A stretch of 64,000 nt of DNA from Balanoglossus misakiensis (taxonomy: Eukaryota > Animalia > Hemichordata). The DNA is taken from NCBI GenBank assembly GCA_040954595.2, contig CM082577.2, positions 17,563,500 to 17,627,499 of the forward strand, written 5' to 3'. The notes beneath the pieces were generated by a model that searched no databases, had not been told where the DNA came from, and saw only the letters and a list, made by a program, of their open reading frames with translations. Every line of letters begins with the position of its first letter. Positions within the stretch are counted from its first letter, which is position 1. This document shows positions 48,667-63,997 of the stretch, piece after piece. The position numbers and the translations under genes are program-made.

Positions 48667-49975
48667 TAATAGGCCTACGTCCAAAATTCCAATTATATTT
48701 TCTGAACCATGTTCGACTGAAAAGGCTATTTTTGACCCATTCTTCACTACTAGACTGGCGACAGCCGCTTGTGCAGTTTTGCCCTTTTGTGTGTGCATAT
48801 CTGCGAAGTTGTATCCCGATAGGTGACACAAGCGCTCGCCGTCGCAGTTTTTGGCGCTCTTCTCTGACGGTCATGATGCATTCACACGGAACCCGACTAG
48901 ACCATCATGTGCTGGGAGCGACCGTGGCTATTTATACTAAACAGACAAAGTAGACACGACTGTGCTGATAGTCTGTGCATTATTATGTAAATGTTGAGAT
49001 TTATATGTTTCAGTCGTAATATTTGATTTCACTTTTAGCAAAAGTCCTCTTTATTTGTACGTCCATCTGAATGAAACAAGCGCGCATCGTCAAGGCTGTC
49101 TTTAATATCAAATAGTTCTGCACGAAATAAAGACACATGGACAAGCTTAGGCGAGTTTATTTTGATTCTCTGACTTTGAACCAAGACTGGGTTATCGGAT
49201 GACATGTTGATACTCAATGAAAGGTGCTTATGTGCTTATTATTCCACTTAGAGAAAAAAAATGATGTGTACATTTAAGTGACTGTGAATCTCAAACTGTA
49301 CCCCATAATATGGTCGCCACTGTAAAACCTCATAATACAAAAATCTGGACATTCATATTAATATTCAGTGAAAGTATTACATAACATTAATGTCATTACG
49401 GATAAACTGACCATTTGGTATTCATACACCCATGTTGCCATTGCGTTTCAGAAAATATTTTGTAAAAAATATCCCGGCCTACTGTAGTTGAAGGCGCAAT
49501 TACTGTAGGTAGAATTTTAATTTGCCTGATGTTTTCTGCATCGATAGGTTAGTACTGGTCATCACCGCTATAGCTTATGTCTCCCAGATGTGCAGTTTAG
49601 AGGCAATTACAATAAAACAGGGTGATATCAATCGAATTTTTCCGATCCATTGTACAATAATGCAAGAAATACAGAAACCCAGATGAAATTGAATTGAATG
49701 AGCGATATGTCTTGTAAAATGAAAATGCGTGAAAACGCAGCCTTAGGGCTCAGGTGTGTATTGAGACTGGTTCTGCCACATGTGTCTCCTTGGGCTCAGT
49801 TAGACATTTTACCTAAGGTAGACGGCACAATTTCTGTCAAATCGAAGGAAAACGCTGAATATTGCATTTTAGGGAACTGCCAGGAGAGCTTGGGGGGGGG
49901 GGGGGCTGTCTCCCAGGGCAATGTGGTTATGCGGCATTATAAGATTATTACTTATTTGCAAAGGGTTTAAGCTTT

Positions 49976-49976
<1 letters not shown>

Positions 49977-50035
<59 letters not shown>

Positions 50036-50075
50036 GGCAGGCAGGCAGGCAGGTAGGTAGATTAGATAGATAGAT
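49977..50075. repeat. Compound tetranucleotide microsatellite (ACAG)n-(GCAG)n-(GTAG/ATAG)n
   Basis: Visible directly. Confidence 0.95.
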
Positions 50076-50514
50076 AGCGATGCCAACTAGCGGTGACATA
50101 CGTATTTCAGCAACATGATACGATATAACTTTATATTCATCATAATTATGTACATATTATTGCGTGGATTTCATACACTCTTTCAGTTTCCTAGTCTCTC
50201 CACAGTGACACAGACATCAGCACAATGTAGAGAACTGTAATAAAATATTACCGTGTCGAAGTGGAATGTGTATCCCTAGCAACGATTTATTAGGGTTTGT
50301 TCATATTGAATCGAAATAAAGAATTGTATGTATTAAATCAGAACCTGAAGCCGTTATAATTGAAAAAGTGTCCCAGTTGACAGCGGTTACAACAAAATAA
50401 AAACACAGCTTAATAGATACAATTTATCTTTGTCGTCGGAATTGATTCAAACTTCTGAGAGTTGTTTCTTTGATTTCAAAGTATGTGCGTGTAGGTCCTA
50501 TGTGTGTGTCATGA

Positions 50515-50517
50515 GTG

Positions 50518-50542
<25 letters not shown>
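50515..50542. repeat. (GT)n microsatellite
   Basis: Visible directly. Confidence 0.95.
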
Positions 50543-50548
<6 letters not shown>

Positions 50549-51851
50549 AGGGGGTTTGTTGAGATGCCACAAATTTCTTGAATCAGTGGTGGCACCTTGC
50601 CCAGTGCTATGTGTGTTTTGGATTGCATTAGGGCCTAAACGCGCCTTTGCATCTCAACGCTTCAATTTTTAACAAACATTCAAACACGTGTGCTGTTATC
50701 AGGCTTGTACAAGTTAGAAGGCGTCGGTACTTATTTGTGTGCAATGAAATAGTATCTTGGTTGCAAATGACAATCAATTTCTAGCCTAGACCATAGAACA
50801 TGTAGAAATCTGCGAAGTAAAGACACTGTCATGTGAACAAATCTGACTACAGAAATCATGGATACCGTTGACGAGACCTAGCTATTCACAGATATCATGT
50901 TTCATTTGGTGGGTCGCTCAAAAACTGTACCGTGGCCATGAGAGCACACAGGCACATGAATAAAGGTAGAGTTGACGGTACACCCGCTTGATGCAGGAGA
51001 AAGAAATACAATTTATTTCACATTTGATAGGCTACTCGGCTAATACATATTGTTGGAACAAATGTGAAATTGAAAACAAGTTCCCTGAAACATCCGATCC
51101 CCATTTCCTACTAGAATAAGATATTTTGCGTAAAACTCCGTATGTATAATTTATTTCAAAGAAATCGACTGCAAGGCCCATTTACGCATTAGGCCCTATG
51201 TGGCCATTGAATAACACGATCAAGTTCATGTGCAGATTATATTTTTAGAAAATAACATGACGATGGCTATGGTAAGATGTAGCCGCACATTTTTGCTTAT
51301 TTTGCTCTATAGGGATCAGGCGAATTGACTGCTTAGGAAAGTGAACCAGAAAAATGAACACAAACGTAAGAACTTATAGCGTCATTAGGTGCTTTCATAT
51401 CAGCGATATGATATTATGGCAAATCCTATTATAATGTGTGTTTACCAGTGAAACTAACAATAGAATATGGAAATAAGCCAGACTGGTGAAAGGCGAATGA
51501 CGCCCGTGTCAGCGGAAAAAGAAACACATAATCCGTGCTTAGTTTGCCCAATTACTATACTAGGATTACTTGTGCGCTATTGTTGATGAAACTGCACTGA
51601 TCTCAATTTTCCCATAGTTGAAGTCTCATAGTCCAGCCTAGGGTGCAGACTATTGTATATGTTTTCATAATGGCCATCCTAATTAATGTTTCTTTGTCTG
51701 AAAGGGTCATTCAGAAGACAGACGAAAGAAGATAACACTTTAATCTTTAAGTTTGATAATACACTATTGTGATCCCGGATTTCTCCTGTTCCTGTTTGTC
51801 GTGTGATCACAATCCATTCATCCTTGCCTGGCGTACATCATAGACGCACGA

Positions 51852-51893
51852 CTCTCTATCTCTCTCTCTCTCCCTCCCTCTCTGACGTCTCTT

Positions 51894-51939
<46 letters not shown>

Positions 51940-52045
51940 CCTCCCTCTTTGTCTCTTTCTCTCTGTCTGTCTCTCTCTCTCTGTGTCTCTTTCTCTCTGT
52001 CAGTCTGTCTCTCTCTCTCCCCTCTCTCCCCCCTCTCTCTCTTCT
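51852..52045. repeat. (TC)n/(TCTG)n pyrimidine-rich low-complexity tract
   Basis: Visible directly. Confidence 0.95.
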
Positions 52046-54939
52046 TGACCTCAAGTCGTAATAATGACTGACCCATTAGTCTCTGTGCACCGGTCAATCT
52101 AGAACACCACCATATCCCATAGCCAATTTCTCGCCACTGCATGAACGGTTGTTGTAGGTTGTGTTAGCAAGTTGTTTCCACTACCCAATCCATTTGATTT
52201 TCCCGAGTCTGATCCAATTTTCGTATTTTCCGACTCATCGCCAACTCTATTTTGAACAAGAGATTTTTTTGCTTATCACGTGTACTTCTTTCTAGTCTAG
52301 ATTTCTTTCTGTACCAAATTCTTCTTTCTGACCCATTCCTGGCGATGTCTGACCCCACCACTGTTGATATCTGACTCCACCCTGATAATAACAAAATAAC
52401 TCTTGGTGGTTTCTGGCCCCACCCTTTTTTATATTTGCTTACTTTGGAAACTATTGTGTCTTTTGTAATCGCTCCTTTCGGTGTGAATGACTTTGTCATT
52501 GCGAAATGGCCTACATTCTGACATCATTTTTCCCTTCTTTTTGTGATATTATGGATCTTCCTGCCGTTCTGTACACGCTTTTAAACTTCCGTTTTCTAGC
52601 ATCTCTGCTTGAAGGCAACCTGGGTATGCATTTACATCACCGCTGTGAAAATTTCTTTGTGACATTCGAGAGATAAATAAAAGTAGGTCTGTCTGCTGGC
52701 CCTGGTGTTCTTATACCAGCTGTGACCCATTTAATTTGAGTCGTTCTTACCGGAATAGGTACAGAGACCGTGCCTTATGTCAAGTTTAATTTTTATAGTA
52801 CAGCAAGTGCGACGTCTCAAATTTCGAACAAGGAAGAACTGTAACCTTTGTGAACAGGAAGCAGACAGTTCAGTGCCCGTATGTAAATATATTTACGCTT
52901 ATATTCCAGATAAAAACTAGTCTAGAATTTTGCTTTAATCCCCAGCTTTGAGAATGGCGTATGTAAGAATCAAGAGATTTTACAACCATACTGACTTCAG
53001 TTCATATCAAAGTAGGCTATAACGACAATTAGTTAACTCGGGTTTTATCAATGCACAGCTAGGTATATTTCTGTCGTCGCCCCCACAACAACATGAAATT
53101 GTATTCCCTTTGCACAGGTGCGCCCATCTTACCGCCATTTGTTTCCAATCTAGTAATTATTCCCCAAACCGCATTGCTTGTTGGCCATGCGTCACTGCAG
53201 CAGTGCCTGACCGACGCCGTTTATTGAAAGAGAGCGGCCTCAAATTTCACGATGATCAGGAGGGCTCAGCTGGTGAAATGAACGTGTTATATTAAATAGC
53301 TGAAAGCCAAGCCTGTTTTGTAAAGTGACATGTTTAAATTCTCAAGGCAGCAGTCTAAACGTGTTTATGGCTTCGCCTATTACAAAATGACATATTCAGT
53401 CTGTTCAGACGTAATATTTTAAAGAGCGAACGCCACTGTGTTATACTCCACACACCACCCCAGACGATAACGAGCATCCTTTTCAATCACTTGCACAATT
53501 CCCTCTTCTTATCTTGTCTAATCACACACCGTATCTAGATGATTTTTCTCAACAGCTAATTAAAAAAAAAACGAGAATATTATATGCATCGTGTTTGCTT
53601 TGGTGTTTTCTAGCTTTCACTAGGAAAGGTTTTCTTACCTATAGTCATTAGGGTTTGTTATGTTTTACATTCGTTATAAGCTGCTAATTTGGCTGTAATG
53701 TGGATAAAACATTGCCTAGTCTGGATTTTGTCCGCAGTTATTCTCTTATGTTTTCGCAAATGTCTGTGCTGCTAATAGTTTAACACGGTGATAAAAATCA
53801 AATACGACAGGATAAATAGTACACCCCTCTTAAAATGGAGGAAGGCGGCGTTCTTGAATGACAGTATGTATTAGTGCTACCTTTAGGGTCTATGCACAAT
53901 AATCACTATTCGCCAAAACGAAACAAAATAAAATGCATGTCATGAGAACTGCAAACTAGTTCAAGACACAACTTATCAATACCTGCGTCGGTGAAATCGC
54001 AACCAATTCGGTTGAGTCGCATTAAATCATCTCAACTGCCACTAATGTTGACAGTTGAAAGAAGCGTACCGGACTATCCTCGGGGATAAACAAACGACTG
54101 CAAAACGAGGAACAAACAATGAGAGGCCGAGGGAAAACCCTCCCGTCCAATTAGCATTATGGCAGAAAATAATTTTCCCAAGGGCATGATAGAGTTTCAA
54201 TTGCACAAGTAATATACGTGTATTTCCGATGACTCGGTTTTAATATTATTTGCAGTGCACAGGAAATTAGGCTTGATTTTCAGGTGGTCTTGATGAAATG
54301 AACATTTGGCTACTGTGCAACGATATGAAACCGATCTTATCAATTATTACTCCATCACGTCACAGTCTGGAATTCTCTGTTTGAAACAGGGACTTTCCTT
54401 TATATTTTACGTGGTACAGTACATTTCTGGTGGGTTGTGCAGCGACAAATAAAAATAGACAGTGTTCACTATGTTTTATTGACCGATGACCAATAGGTGT
54501 TCTTTAGCCTCGATAATATCTATGCCTATATTAACAGATGTGTGCACAGAGACACACTAGACCACTAGACATGACATAGTATTCATGTACAAAAATATGT
54601 CGTCTAAATGTCAGATCGACTATTGGGAAGAAATCTTTTGTCCAGACCAGCTGCCCGAACACGATATTCTGCCATTGTGTTCAAGTCATCTCTTATTTCA
54701 AACACAAAATAACCGACATGTCGTGCATGCAGTGTGACATTGGATGAAAACGTCAATGCTCGATAAGTTTTCATTTTTCTAGTCTTCTGTGTGACAGGAA
54801 ACTCCATGTATCGGTGTGGGAAGTCAGTGGATAGAATTAAGAGTGGGAATCGGATAGAGACAGAAATGGAAATAAAACGACCTCGTTTCATAATATGAGG
54901 TCGGATTCCTGATGACAGTACAATCATGTCGGCCATGGC

Positions 54940-55080
54940 GAGAGAGGGGGGGGGGAGAAGAGGGAGGCAGAAAGAGAGAGACAGACAGACATAGATAGAG
55001 AGAGGGATCGCGGGACAGAGAGACAGCCCGTCAACAGAGATAGAGACAGACAAAGACGGAGACTGAGAGAGAAACAGACT

Positions 55081-55138
<58 letters not shown>

Positions 55139-55172
55139 GAGATAAAGAGAGAGGGAAAGAAAGACAGAGAGA
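54940..55172. repeat. (GA)n purine-rich tract
   Basis: Visible directly, with a pure GA run at about 55083-55127. Confidence 0.95.
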
Positions 55173-57587
55173 AAATCATAACTTACCAGTAGAATAACTA
55201 TAGATAACAAGATATAAATTGGTTGAAGAGGATAAGCTTTATTAACCAGAAGGTATATGTGTTAGCCCAGCTAACTGTTCAACGGTGTTCTGGCCACTCG
55301 ATGCGCATGCGTTTACAAAAGGTATGTGCGCTCCTCTTTTGGAACAATAGTAAAATCATCCTTCGGTCACATGACCATTTATCTCTGATAGTGATTGTTA
55401 AGCATTCGATTTACGTCGTTAGACAAGTTTCTAACAATAATTCAGGTTACAATTACGACATGGAGTAAGTACTTTCTTTTTTTCAGAAATAGTCACGTGA
55501 GGGCTTGACTGTAAATACCGCGGAAAAATATAGATATCAGAATATTTGCCAATATGTGTTCTGCCCGGGATACTGTACACAAGCTTGATGTCACATATTC
55601 CATCATTTCTAGTCCGGACCACCCTCTCCGGTGCCTTCTTGTCATGATGCTTATATTACATCATGAGACTACATTCTTTGCACGGTGACCACTTCTATGA
55701 CTTTAATAGAAAAAAGGAAATCTTGAAACCAAATCGCACCAATACACACGCATCTTGAAGTTCGGAAGTTGTTTATACTCAGAAAAAGGCAAAAACTCAT
55801 TCAACAAATCAGCATCGATACCACCCATTCCATGTCAAAATCCTCGTTGCCAATTAATATCAATCTTCTGTGATGTAATTGGCTATCAATGCATTTGCTC
55901 ACTGTATGTAACCAATCACAGCACCCCTATTTTCTAGCGAACAGCTGAGGTAGAACGAAAGTGGATTTGGTTTCATGAAATCCCCTTCTTCTACGTCATA
56001 GCCTATAGGAGTATTACATCAGATTCCCGGCATAACATTTTTCTTTTCCGTCATCTGAATGATAAACGCCCTTAAGATATCAAAACCTGGGTGTCAGTCA
56101 CGACGCAGTCTGAGAAAATCTCATAAACAGAGATGCAACACAAATACACGTGACTATTTGATCGTGTTCACTAAAAGAAGTGATGAAATTTTCGAATTTA
56201 TATTATAACAATTCATTCATGTGTATATCCGTCGAATAATCGGACTGATCACTGGACCCTGCAAATGACATTTGAACTGTGCCATTGCACCACTGTGCGT
56301 AATCTCTAGGAAGACAATGTGAGTTTTTTTGAACGTTTGCATGGTAGCAGTAACTAATAGTCATAGAAGTCTATGACAAGTAGTCCTATATTCTTCATTT
56401 GTGGCATAGGTGATGTTAAGCTCATTCTGTAGGCAACCTTTAAATTTCACGAAAACTATCCATAAATTGCCGTCCGAGCTGAAAGCGAGTCAAGGTGGAG
56501 TTGCCAGCTTTTGTTCATCCACCATCAGGTACCAACACTCGGAGACAACACGCGCCATCAAATATCAATCAGGAAATAAATCATGAAAATTTATACAAGT
56601 ATGGTATTTCCCCTGCGAAGGCTCTGTTTTATTTCTGCCCTGTGTGTGGTTCTGGGTCAGTTCAACTTTGTCTCAATATCTGATATATAGCTGGCTTTGT
56701 ACCAAGTTGAACTCAATATAGGCCTATTAAATGAGAAGTTTCATGTCTACCCAGATTCCATATCACAGTACGCATGCGCACGCTAAACAGCCAACCCTGT
56801 ATCAATGCGAGTGTCGGCGGCGAGTCTCATACCACTTCACTTGATTTGACTCTATGCTCTGAAGGGCACTGTCTGTCTGCAATCTTGCTATTGATTGGTT
56901 GGTAGCCTGAAGCTGTACTGTACTGGTTCGTTGCCTTGTGACCTTTAAGGGTAGGCGCATACTGTAGCCTTAAACTTGTGCTGCGATTTCCCCATATAAA
57001 ATGGTATACTAGTATTACATACAATAGAAACCAAACCGAGATGGTTGTCATTCGCTCTGCAGCTGTAATTAATTTCAAAGCTAACTCGATATTTTGTGGC
57101 TGTGCGCAAACGAGAAAAAAAATTCTCAGCAATCTTGACTGATATGTCAAATTACTGATACAATGTGATCGAGATATACAGGATCGAATTTTGAGTGTTT
57201 TAAAAAAATAACACAATTTACTACAAAGGCAAACACAACTTTTAATCTGATATTTAGGAATTTGTCTGCTGCGTGTAGTATCGATTGACCAAGAGTCGGA
57301 AATTCGAATGTAACACGTTTAGTTAAAAGTATCGTTCGAAAATGTGACCCGTCGCTCACAACAGATGTGTCGCATCCTAAAACAAATAATTGTTTCTATG
57401 GCAACCAAGTGATACTTCAACTCGTAGGGTGGGTGGTCTCTCTATATGTACGGAGATTCACAGTCACTCTACACATAACTGTGAGAGATTACACCATTAG
57501 ACATTTCTTCGTAACTTTTCCCGATCGACAGATCAAGTGACCTACGATTCTCTCGCATGATTGACAAATTCAATGTTTTCATCTTAA

Positions 57588-58092
57588 AGGCACGTAAGCT
57601 GTAACTTTTGGGATAATTTTCATAATTTTTGTTTCAAACTGCACTACCATTAGTCCATGCAGATGAAGGCAGTGAACTATACACAAGAATTACAAACCCT
57701 AAATATGAGTGCGTATGCAAGTTTTAACCAGATAAATAATAAACCTTTGCCGCAAGCGATTATGGCCGTCACCGTGGGAAAATGAAAGAAACAATGAAAA
57801 TGTTGCATTTCCGGTTGTGAAACTTCATAGACAAAACATGATCTCATCCACTTGAGCTCATGGAAGTAAATGTCAACCACTGAGACATCAGATTTTCATT
57901 TTTCATTGCAATATTGCACTTTTTTTAAAATTGCAGTAATTTTCGTTTTTCTTTAATTTTTGGCCATTTTGTCATAAATAAGTGTTGAGCTTGATCTATT
58001 ATCATGAAATATCATTTAATAGACATAATTAAAAGCATATATGAGATTATTTAAAACTTTAATTTTTTTATCCAGTTGCAGCTTACGTGCCT
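57588..58092. mobile_element. Non-autonomous TTAA-flanked DNA transposon (Kolobok-like)
   Basis: TIR AGGCACGTAAGCTGYAACT with 18/19 match. TTAA lies at 57584-57587 and 58093-58096. Confidence 0.88.
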
Positions 58093-58434
58093 TTAATATA
58101 GACAAGTCAGAAAGAATTCAACAGTCGCCGTGTCAGTGAACAGTTGACTAACTTGTCTGAATATTCCATAAGCGGACGGTTTTCAATATTCTTTGTTGGA
58201 CGTGTTAACTAAATTAACTAGAACTTTATACATGTAGCTGCGCGTTGAAAATACCAGAAATATATCTTGTCATTTTTCGGGTAGATATTGTGTGGAAAAA
58301 CTAAGAGATGACAGAGTAACATAATTGACACATTCTACATCAGCTTAATTCGTAAGTATTTTGACACCAAGTGTTGAAAGGGATCCAAAATGCTGAAAAT
58401 GAAGCCCGACAGGTTTAATTAAACCCAAACACCA

Positions 58435-58502
58435 CCCACCCACCCTCCCACGCATCCAACCAACTAACCATCCATCCATCCGTCAATCCGTCACTCTCTG
58501 CC

Positions 58503-58535
<33 letters not shown>

Positions 58536-58536
58536 G
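58435..58536. repeat. Compound (CCAC/CCAA/CCAT)n and (TCTG)n microsatellite
   Basis: Visible directly. Confidence 0.9.
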
Positions 58537-60677
58537 ACACAACCATAGTGAGCTCTTTGTTATTTATAAACAGAGCACTAAAACTTTTGATATTTAAAAT
58601 CGCTGTTTGCTATGCGAAGCCAAAATCGTTCATCGTAAAATTCGGTCGATAATTGAATAAATTGATTAGGGAGTTGAAGGGGAGGAACGTGGTGCCAATT
58701 GAAATTCAATCATTATCAGTCTGTCACCCCTGAACTTGCCTTTGTTTAAACTTGAACGATGTGATTGGAAGTGAAAGGCCAAAACTATAAAACAACGACC
58801 TTACAAGTCTGTCGATTATTGGGGCCAAGCGTTTTCCTCAATTTTTTTAATATTTTTAATTTTTACTATAATTAGTTCTGACATTAAAGTGCACCGTGTG
58901 TGCAGTTTTAAACTGTGCCTATTCGCCGACCAGACATTAATTTTACCAAGAGCGTAGTACACAATTTAGAGAGCATATGGCAAAAGTTAACTCCGAATAG
59001 GGCTTAGGGGTGTGTAGAGTTAAGGAGCAGGCTTAGTAGCTTTGTTGTTTGGCGAGTACAATGCACAAACTTTCCCCCAATTAATTAGATTCTCTTTTTC
59101 TTCCAACGCAGCAGTGTGGGAGCCAGCTCTACACCACTTTTCTGGAAATTAACTGTAATTAGAGTGCGGAGTATAACAAAGCGGTGTGAGATGGGCCAAC
59201 AATATCCCAATTTGTTCCTCTTTGGGCGGGATGGAGTGCAAAGCAATTGTCTTGCGTATTAATGACACGAGTAGGGATATAGTGTACTTGCTAAAACATG
59301 CATACTTGAACGCCACGGAAGCCGTAGTATGGATACAAATTACTCACTATCTTTCATGTTGGATTTTACCGATCACTGTTTGAAGATAGCCACGACACGA
59401 AGCGGCGATCAAACCGGTACTAGACGAAACGCGTCCTCGGCGGGGCACTGCATTTTTGACATGCTGGATTATCCACGAAGAGCGGCCGGGAGAGAACGCC
59501 TGGGAAAATTTCGACGACGTCACCTGACTTTTACGAGTCTAACGAATTGTAATAATGGTTTTATTGGCGATCAGGGTGGTACATAGAGCACCCCATCTCA
59601 GCAATAGAATGAGGGTGAGAGAAAATTAGGATGCCCTATTCAATTACTCTTTCTGAAATATCCACAACAGCGTACGGAGGCCATTAATTTTGGTAGTAAT
59701 GTCCTACAATTAGACAAAAAACGGCAATGCTTGAGATCGTACGAGGGGCCGGCTACGCCTACCGTGGTGATTATACGCCCCAACGGACCTTTGTCAGCCG
59801 AATTTCACGGTTCAACGTGTCCCTATGAACCAAGCAAACGATCTCCGAATTTCATATATGTCGCCGTAACCCGAATACAGATGTATGATTAAATAACCTA
59901 TATTTTCGACGAACTATAATCAAACAAACCATCCCAACCTTCTTGCACCTTGAATTTAATGGCAACCAATTCATAAGGACAACATAACTTGAGAAACTTA
60001 TAGTAGAAATTGGCATGACAAAACCACGTAGGACATCAACAAATGCAATAGTGGTCACATTTGTTCGGTAAATAATGTCTATAAACGAAGATATTTATGC
60101 CCAGTAAATTGTCATAACTCTCTTTTCCATTAGCAAATCTTTTTCTCTCCCTCTACTTCCATGACACCACTGATTATCACAATATTATATCGTTAAGTTT
60201 GTGTTGAAGAAGTCACTGTCCTCAGAAGCTTAGAATGTCTGTCATTGTCAAGGTGCCCGCTTTTCAACAAAGAATGGGTTGATTGTCTGCAAATCTGTCT
60301 ATAGCGGCGTTTTGTGGCCAGCCTGCACTGCCCGCGGTGTCATTATCAAGAATGACGTGACGTCATTCAATCAATAAAGAAATCTCAGTTAAAATTTGGA
60401 CAAGTAGACATGAAAATACGAGAGAAAGGAATAAATATATAATAGGTTACACTCGATTTTGAGTTATAACGATTTGACACACGGTCGCTTTGTCGTAAAA
60501 TTCAAGCAGCAATTTAAATTATTTCTTAAAGAATCCAATTCGTACGAATGTTAAAATAAAAGAAAGTTATGACTCGTTCGAGCAATGTGAGTATGTATGC
60601 GATATGTAGCAAAACAACATAACGCAATGAAAAGCAACACAACATACCCCAATGCCCCGCCAACCAAACCTTACAAC

Positions 60678-60871
60678 ACAGTACAGCACAGCACAGCACA
60701 GCAAAACAAAACAAAACAAAACAAAACAAAACAAAACAAAACAAAACAAAACAAAACAAAACAAAACAAAACAAAACAAAACAAAACAAAACAAAACAAA
60801 ACAAAACAAAACAAAACAAAATAAAATAAAATAAAACAAAACAAAACAAAACAAAACAAACAAAACAAAAC
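60678..60871. repeat. Compound pentanucleotide microsatellite (ACAGC)n-(AAAAC)n-(AAAAT)n-(AAAAC)n
   Basis: Visible directly. It explains the FCFVL and QNKTK ORFs in the track. Confidence 0.97.
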
Positions 60872-63838
60872 ACACGCCTAGCCGCATGGGAAAGCAAAGT
60901 TCAACATCCAGAGTTACAACACAGGCCATATTATCAGGATGTGCAGCTCGGCCAAGCACAGTAACCGACAGAATGCTGATATTGAACAACCTTATTTGCA
61001 ATATTGGTGTCATCTACACATGAAAATAGATCTGACAAACTATGAGACCCGACGTAATGAAACGATGGCTTTAAAAATTGTATACGTTTCAATTTTGGTT
61101 TGGTTTGGTTTGAACTATTTCTCATGCATGCCCATGAATAGATGTTGGTGAAAACCAAACGAAACCAAGAAATGGTGCAATAATTGTAAATTTATTACAG
61201 TTTGGGAGTCTCATAACGTAAACATGAAACGACTATCCGCGATCCAGGCGGTTAGTTACGAGGAACACGGAGTGAAATGTCATTATGAAATGGTGTATAG
61301 CGACCGGGGAAGATAAGAGACGAGTGGGGAGGGGCGGTGGAAACGTGGAATGGTCAACAGTATTTCACATTCAGGAAAAGAACTAACGGAAAAAAAGTAT
61401 GTGACGAAATGTTAATAACACTATCAGAATCGGTTGTGTGATCCCTGTTATAGTGTACACATAACAGCTCCTCTGTATGCATGTGTCTGAATACTCAAGA
61501 TTGTTTCTCAAAAGTGCAAAATAGTATTCTGGAAATCCTGACTTTTCCTTTCCCGTAAATGTCGTCATCTTACCTTAAAAGGGTCGCTCTTTGTCCCCAT
61601 CTGTTACAACGTTTTCTATTTAATGTTTATAAAATAGTTTACCTCTTGCTCGCCTACAGGCCAGATGAATGAGTTTTCAATTACACGGGACTTTCATTGT
61701 TTTTTCTCTCCAAAATTACAGTGTCACTCATCGAATCAGAGAAGCTTGAACGGCTAGTGTGCGATGTATTGGAAGCACAGTGATTGCCTTGTGTTGTTAG
61801 TTGGAACACAGAGAGACCTTTCTGCCCTCTTAATAAAGAGCAGTGCTTCGAAATCTGGCCATGTTTGACACACCGACATTTGGGTTTGGACATGTAATAA
61901 AGAGTAGACGGGAGCGCTGTCAAAAGACCTCAATTGAATGGCGCTTGCAACTGTTACAAGACGAAATCTAAACCAGATTAGGGTGGCCAGGTCACTATTC
62001 AACTCGCTTGTTTTAAATTCAACAGCTGCCAGTCATCACATTCAGGTTTTTCTCGACGTTTCCAATAACTTTACCCTTTGTCTTGTGAAGCGTTCGAAAG
62101 AAGAAGAAAAAAACGGTATTCATCGCTGGCAGTGAAAGGATGTCAAATTAGTGGGAGTAATATCCCGGATTTAACCAGCGTTTATGCCACACCCTTCAAT
62201 TGATTTCATCGATTGAAGGGGACAGTGTGAAACAAGCCACGTTGGAAACACTTTTGCCCTGCCTCAAATTATTATCTACTCGTGTTTTGCTTTTAAACTG
62301 ATCTGAGGAGGCAAGTGACTTAAATTCAAGCACAGTTTCAGCACGAGTGGTCTGTACTTTAAAGAAACAGACTCTAATCCTGAATGTGTATCTCGCAACG
62401 ATTAAGATAAAATGGGAAAACCTCTCTCGTTTTGTAACATTAGGGTTTTTATTTGTTTTACTTTGAATATCTCATTCGAGTACCAAACGGTAAATTACGA
62501 TGAAAACAAAAGTGGAAAACAGGAAATCTTGTATAACGTTTTGTTGGCGACTCCTGTGAGAAAGTAACGTTGCCAAGGTGACAAATACTCCTATCACAGT
62601 GAATTTTCAAAATATGTTGAATATATGATGGATACATAATATCTCACAGTTAAGACTTCAAAATATAACAAAAACGCAAATTCGTCCACATGAGTTTTCC
62701 ATCCTTTTTGTATCTGAACAATTAATGTAGTTCGGTTCATTTCGACTAGTTGTGGGAACTGCGCCACTTAGTAGAAACTGACCTTTGTTTTAAGCAGTGA
62801 CCTTTATCATCATTCGGTTGCCATACCAACGAAGACGGCTTGTCATTGAAGCACATATGGCTTGGAATGTTCTCCATCGGTTGAGTAAAGCCTTGGTTGC
62901 AGATCGAGTATTAGCTCTACGGACCCTGTATCATGTTTCACTGCTTCACTTACTTTTACAATGCAGTGTGTTTGATTGTCGTCCCTGCACATTTTACTTT
63001 TAAATCAGTCAATTTGTTTTGTTTTATTTTGTTTTTACTATGGACAGGCAAAATCTCGTCCTTGCACGTTACCACGACATTGCTACAGGCATGAAAAATG
63101 AAGATTTTCTGTTGGTAAGTCATGCTAGGCTTTGAATACAGTCAATGGAAACCCTAGAAACTTGGCATTCAAATCTACGTCGTAATATAGGCCCGAAGAT
63201 CAAACAAACAAATGCCTAAAATGACACATATTGCATTGGCGAGTCTAGAAGTTGAGGGAAAAGTAAGATTCAGAAGCTTATATAGTAAGCACCGAGAACT
63301 TATCCAGAAAAGACGTAACTACATTTATTAGGATAAAGGTCCACCTTTCAGATACAAATGTTGAAAAGTGAAAAGGCGACAAGGCCGAAAAGTTTGATGG
63401 GATTACGCCTGAAGCATAGATATTTAATTCTCATTAATTATGCAAAGTGGAATATGATAACCATCTATAAATTAACATTAGATGCAGTGCTTCTCATATC
63501 AATCAATACTTGAGTATAGCTTTGCGTAGGGCATGTTTATTGACCATTGTAAATGTTGCAATTGCCTCCCTTTCAGTGTTAGAAGAGAAAAAGAAATGAT
63601 TATGACCAAAATAAACTCAAGTCTATTGTACTGGCGGAAATTATATTGAGTTTGAATGATAATGTGTAACAGAAAGTGGCATTGATTCGATACTCGGAAA
63701 GAGATGCGTCAGCCACAGAATATAACTTGGTCAAAAGACATAATGGTTAGGAGTATAATTGAATGGCAATACAAACACGTGACAGAATGATCCATGATGT
63801 GTTGGAGCTATATGCCCCAAGTGTGTAGTCTAATCCAT

Positions 63839-63873
<35 letters not shown>

Positions 63874-63926
63874 TAACTGACAGACAGACAGACAGAGGGG
63901 GAGAGAGAGCAGGGAGAGAGAGGTGG

Positions 63927-63997
<71 letters not shown>

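Noticed and set aside
51803-52499. ORFs at 51803-52142 and 52164-52499
   Set aside because: The first group runs through a TC microsatellite. The second has no recognisable domain or supporting splice structure.
54604-55179. 191-aa minus-strand ORF
   Set aside because: The N-terminal part is a translated (GA)n tract and the rest has no recognisable homology.
60526-61013. Cluster of FCFVL and QNKTK repeat ORFs
   Set aside because: Translations of the (AAAAC)n microsatellite.
55301-61782. Possible plus-strand gene from an NRF1-like GCGCATGCG (about 55303), a donor at 55465 and an acceptor ending at 61721
   Set aside because: The splice signals are isolated and do not join into a convincing open frame. 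A lncRNA or UTR exons cannot be excluded without RNA data.
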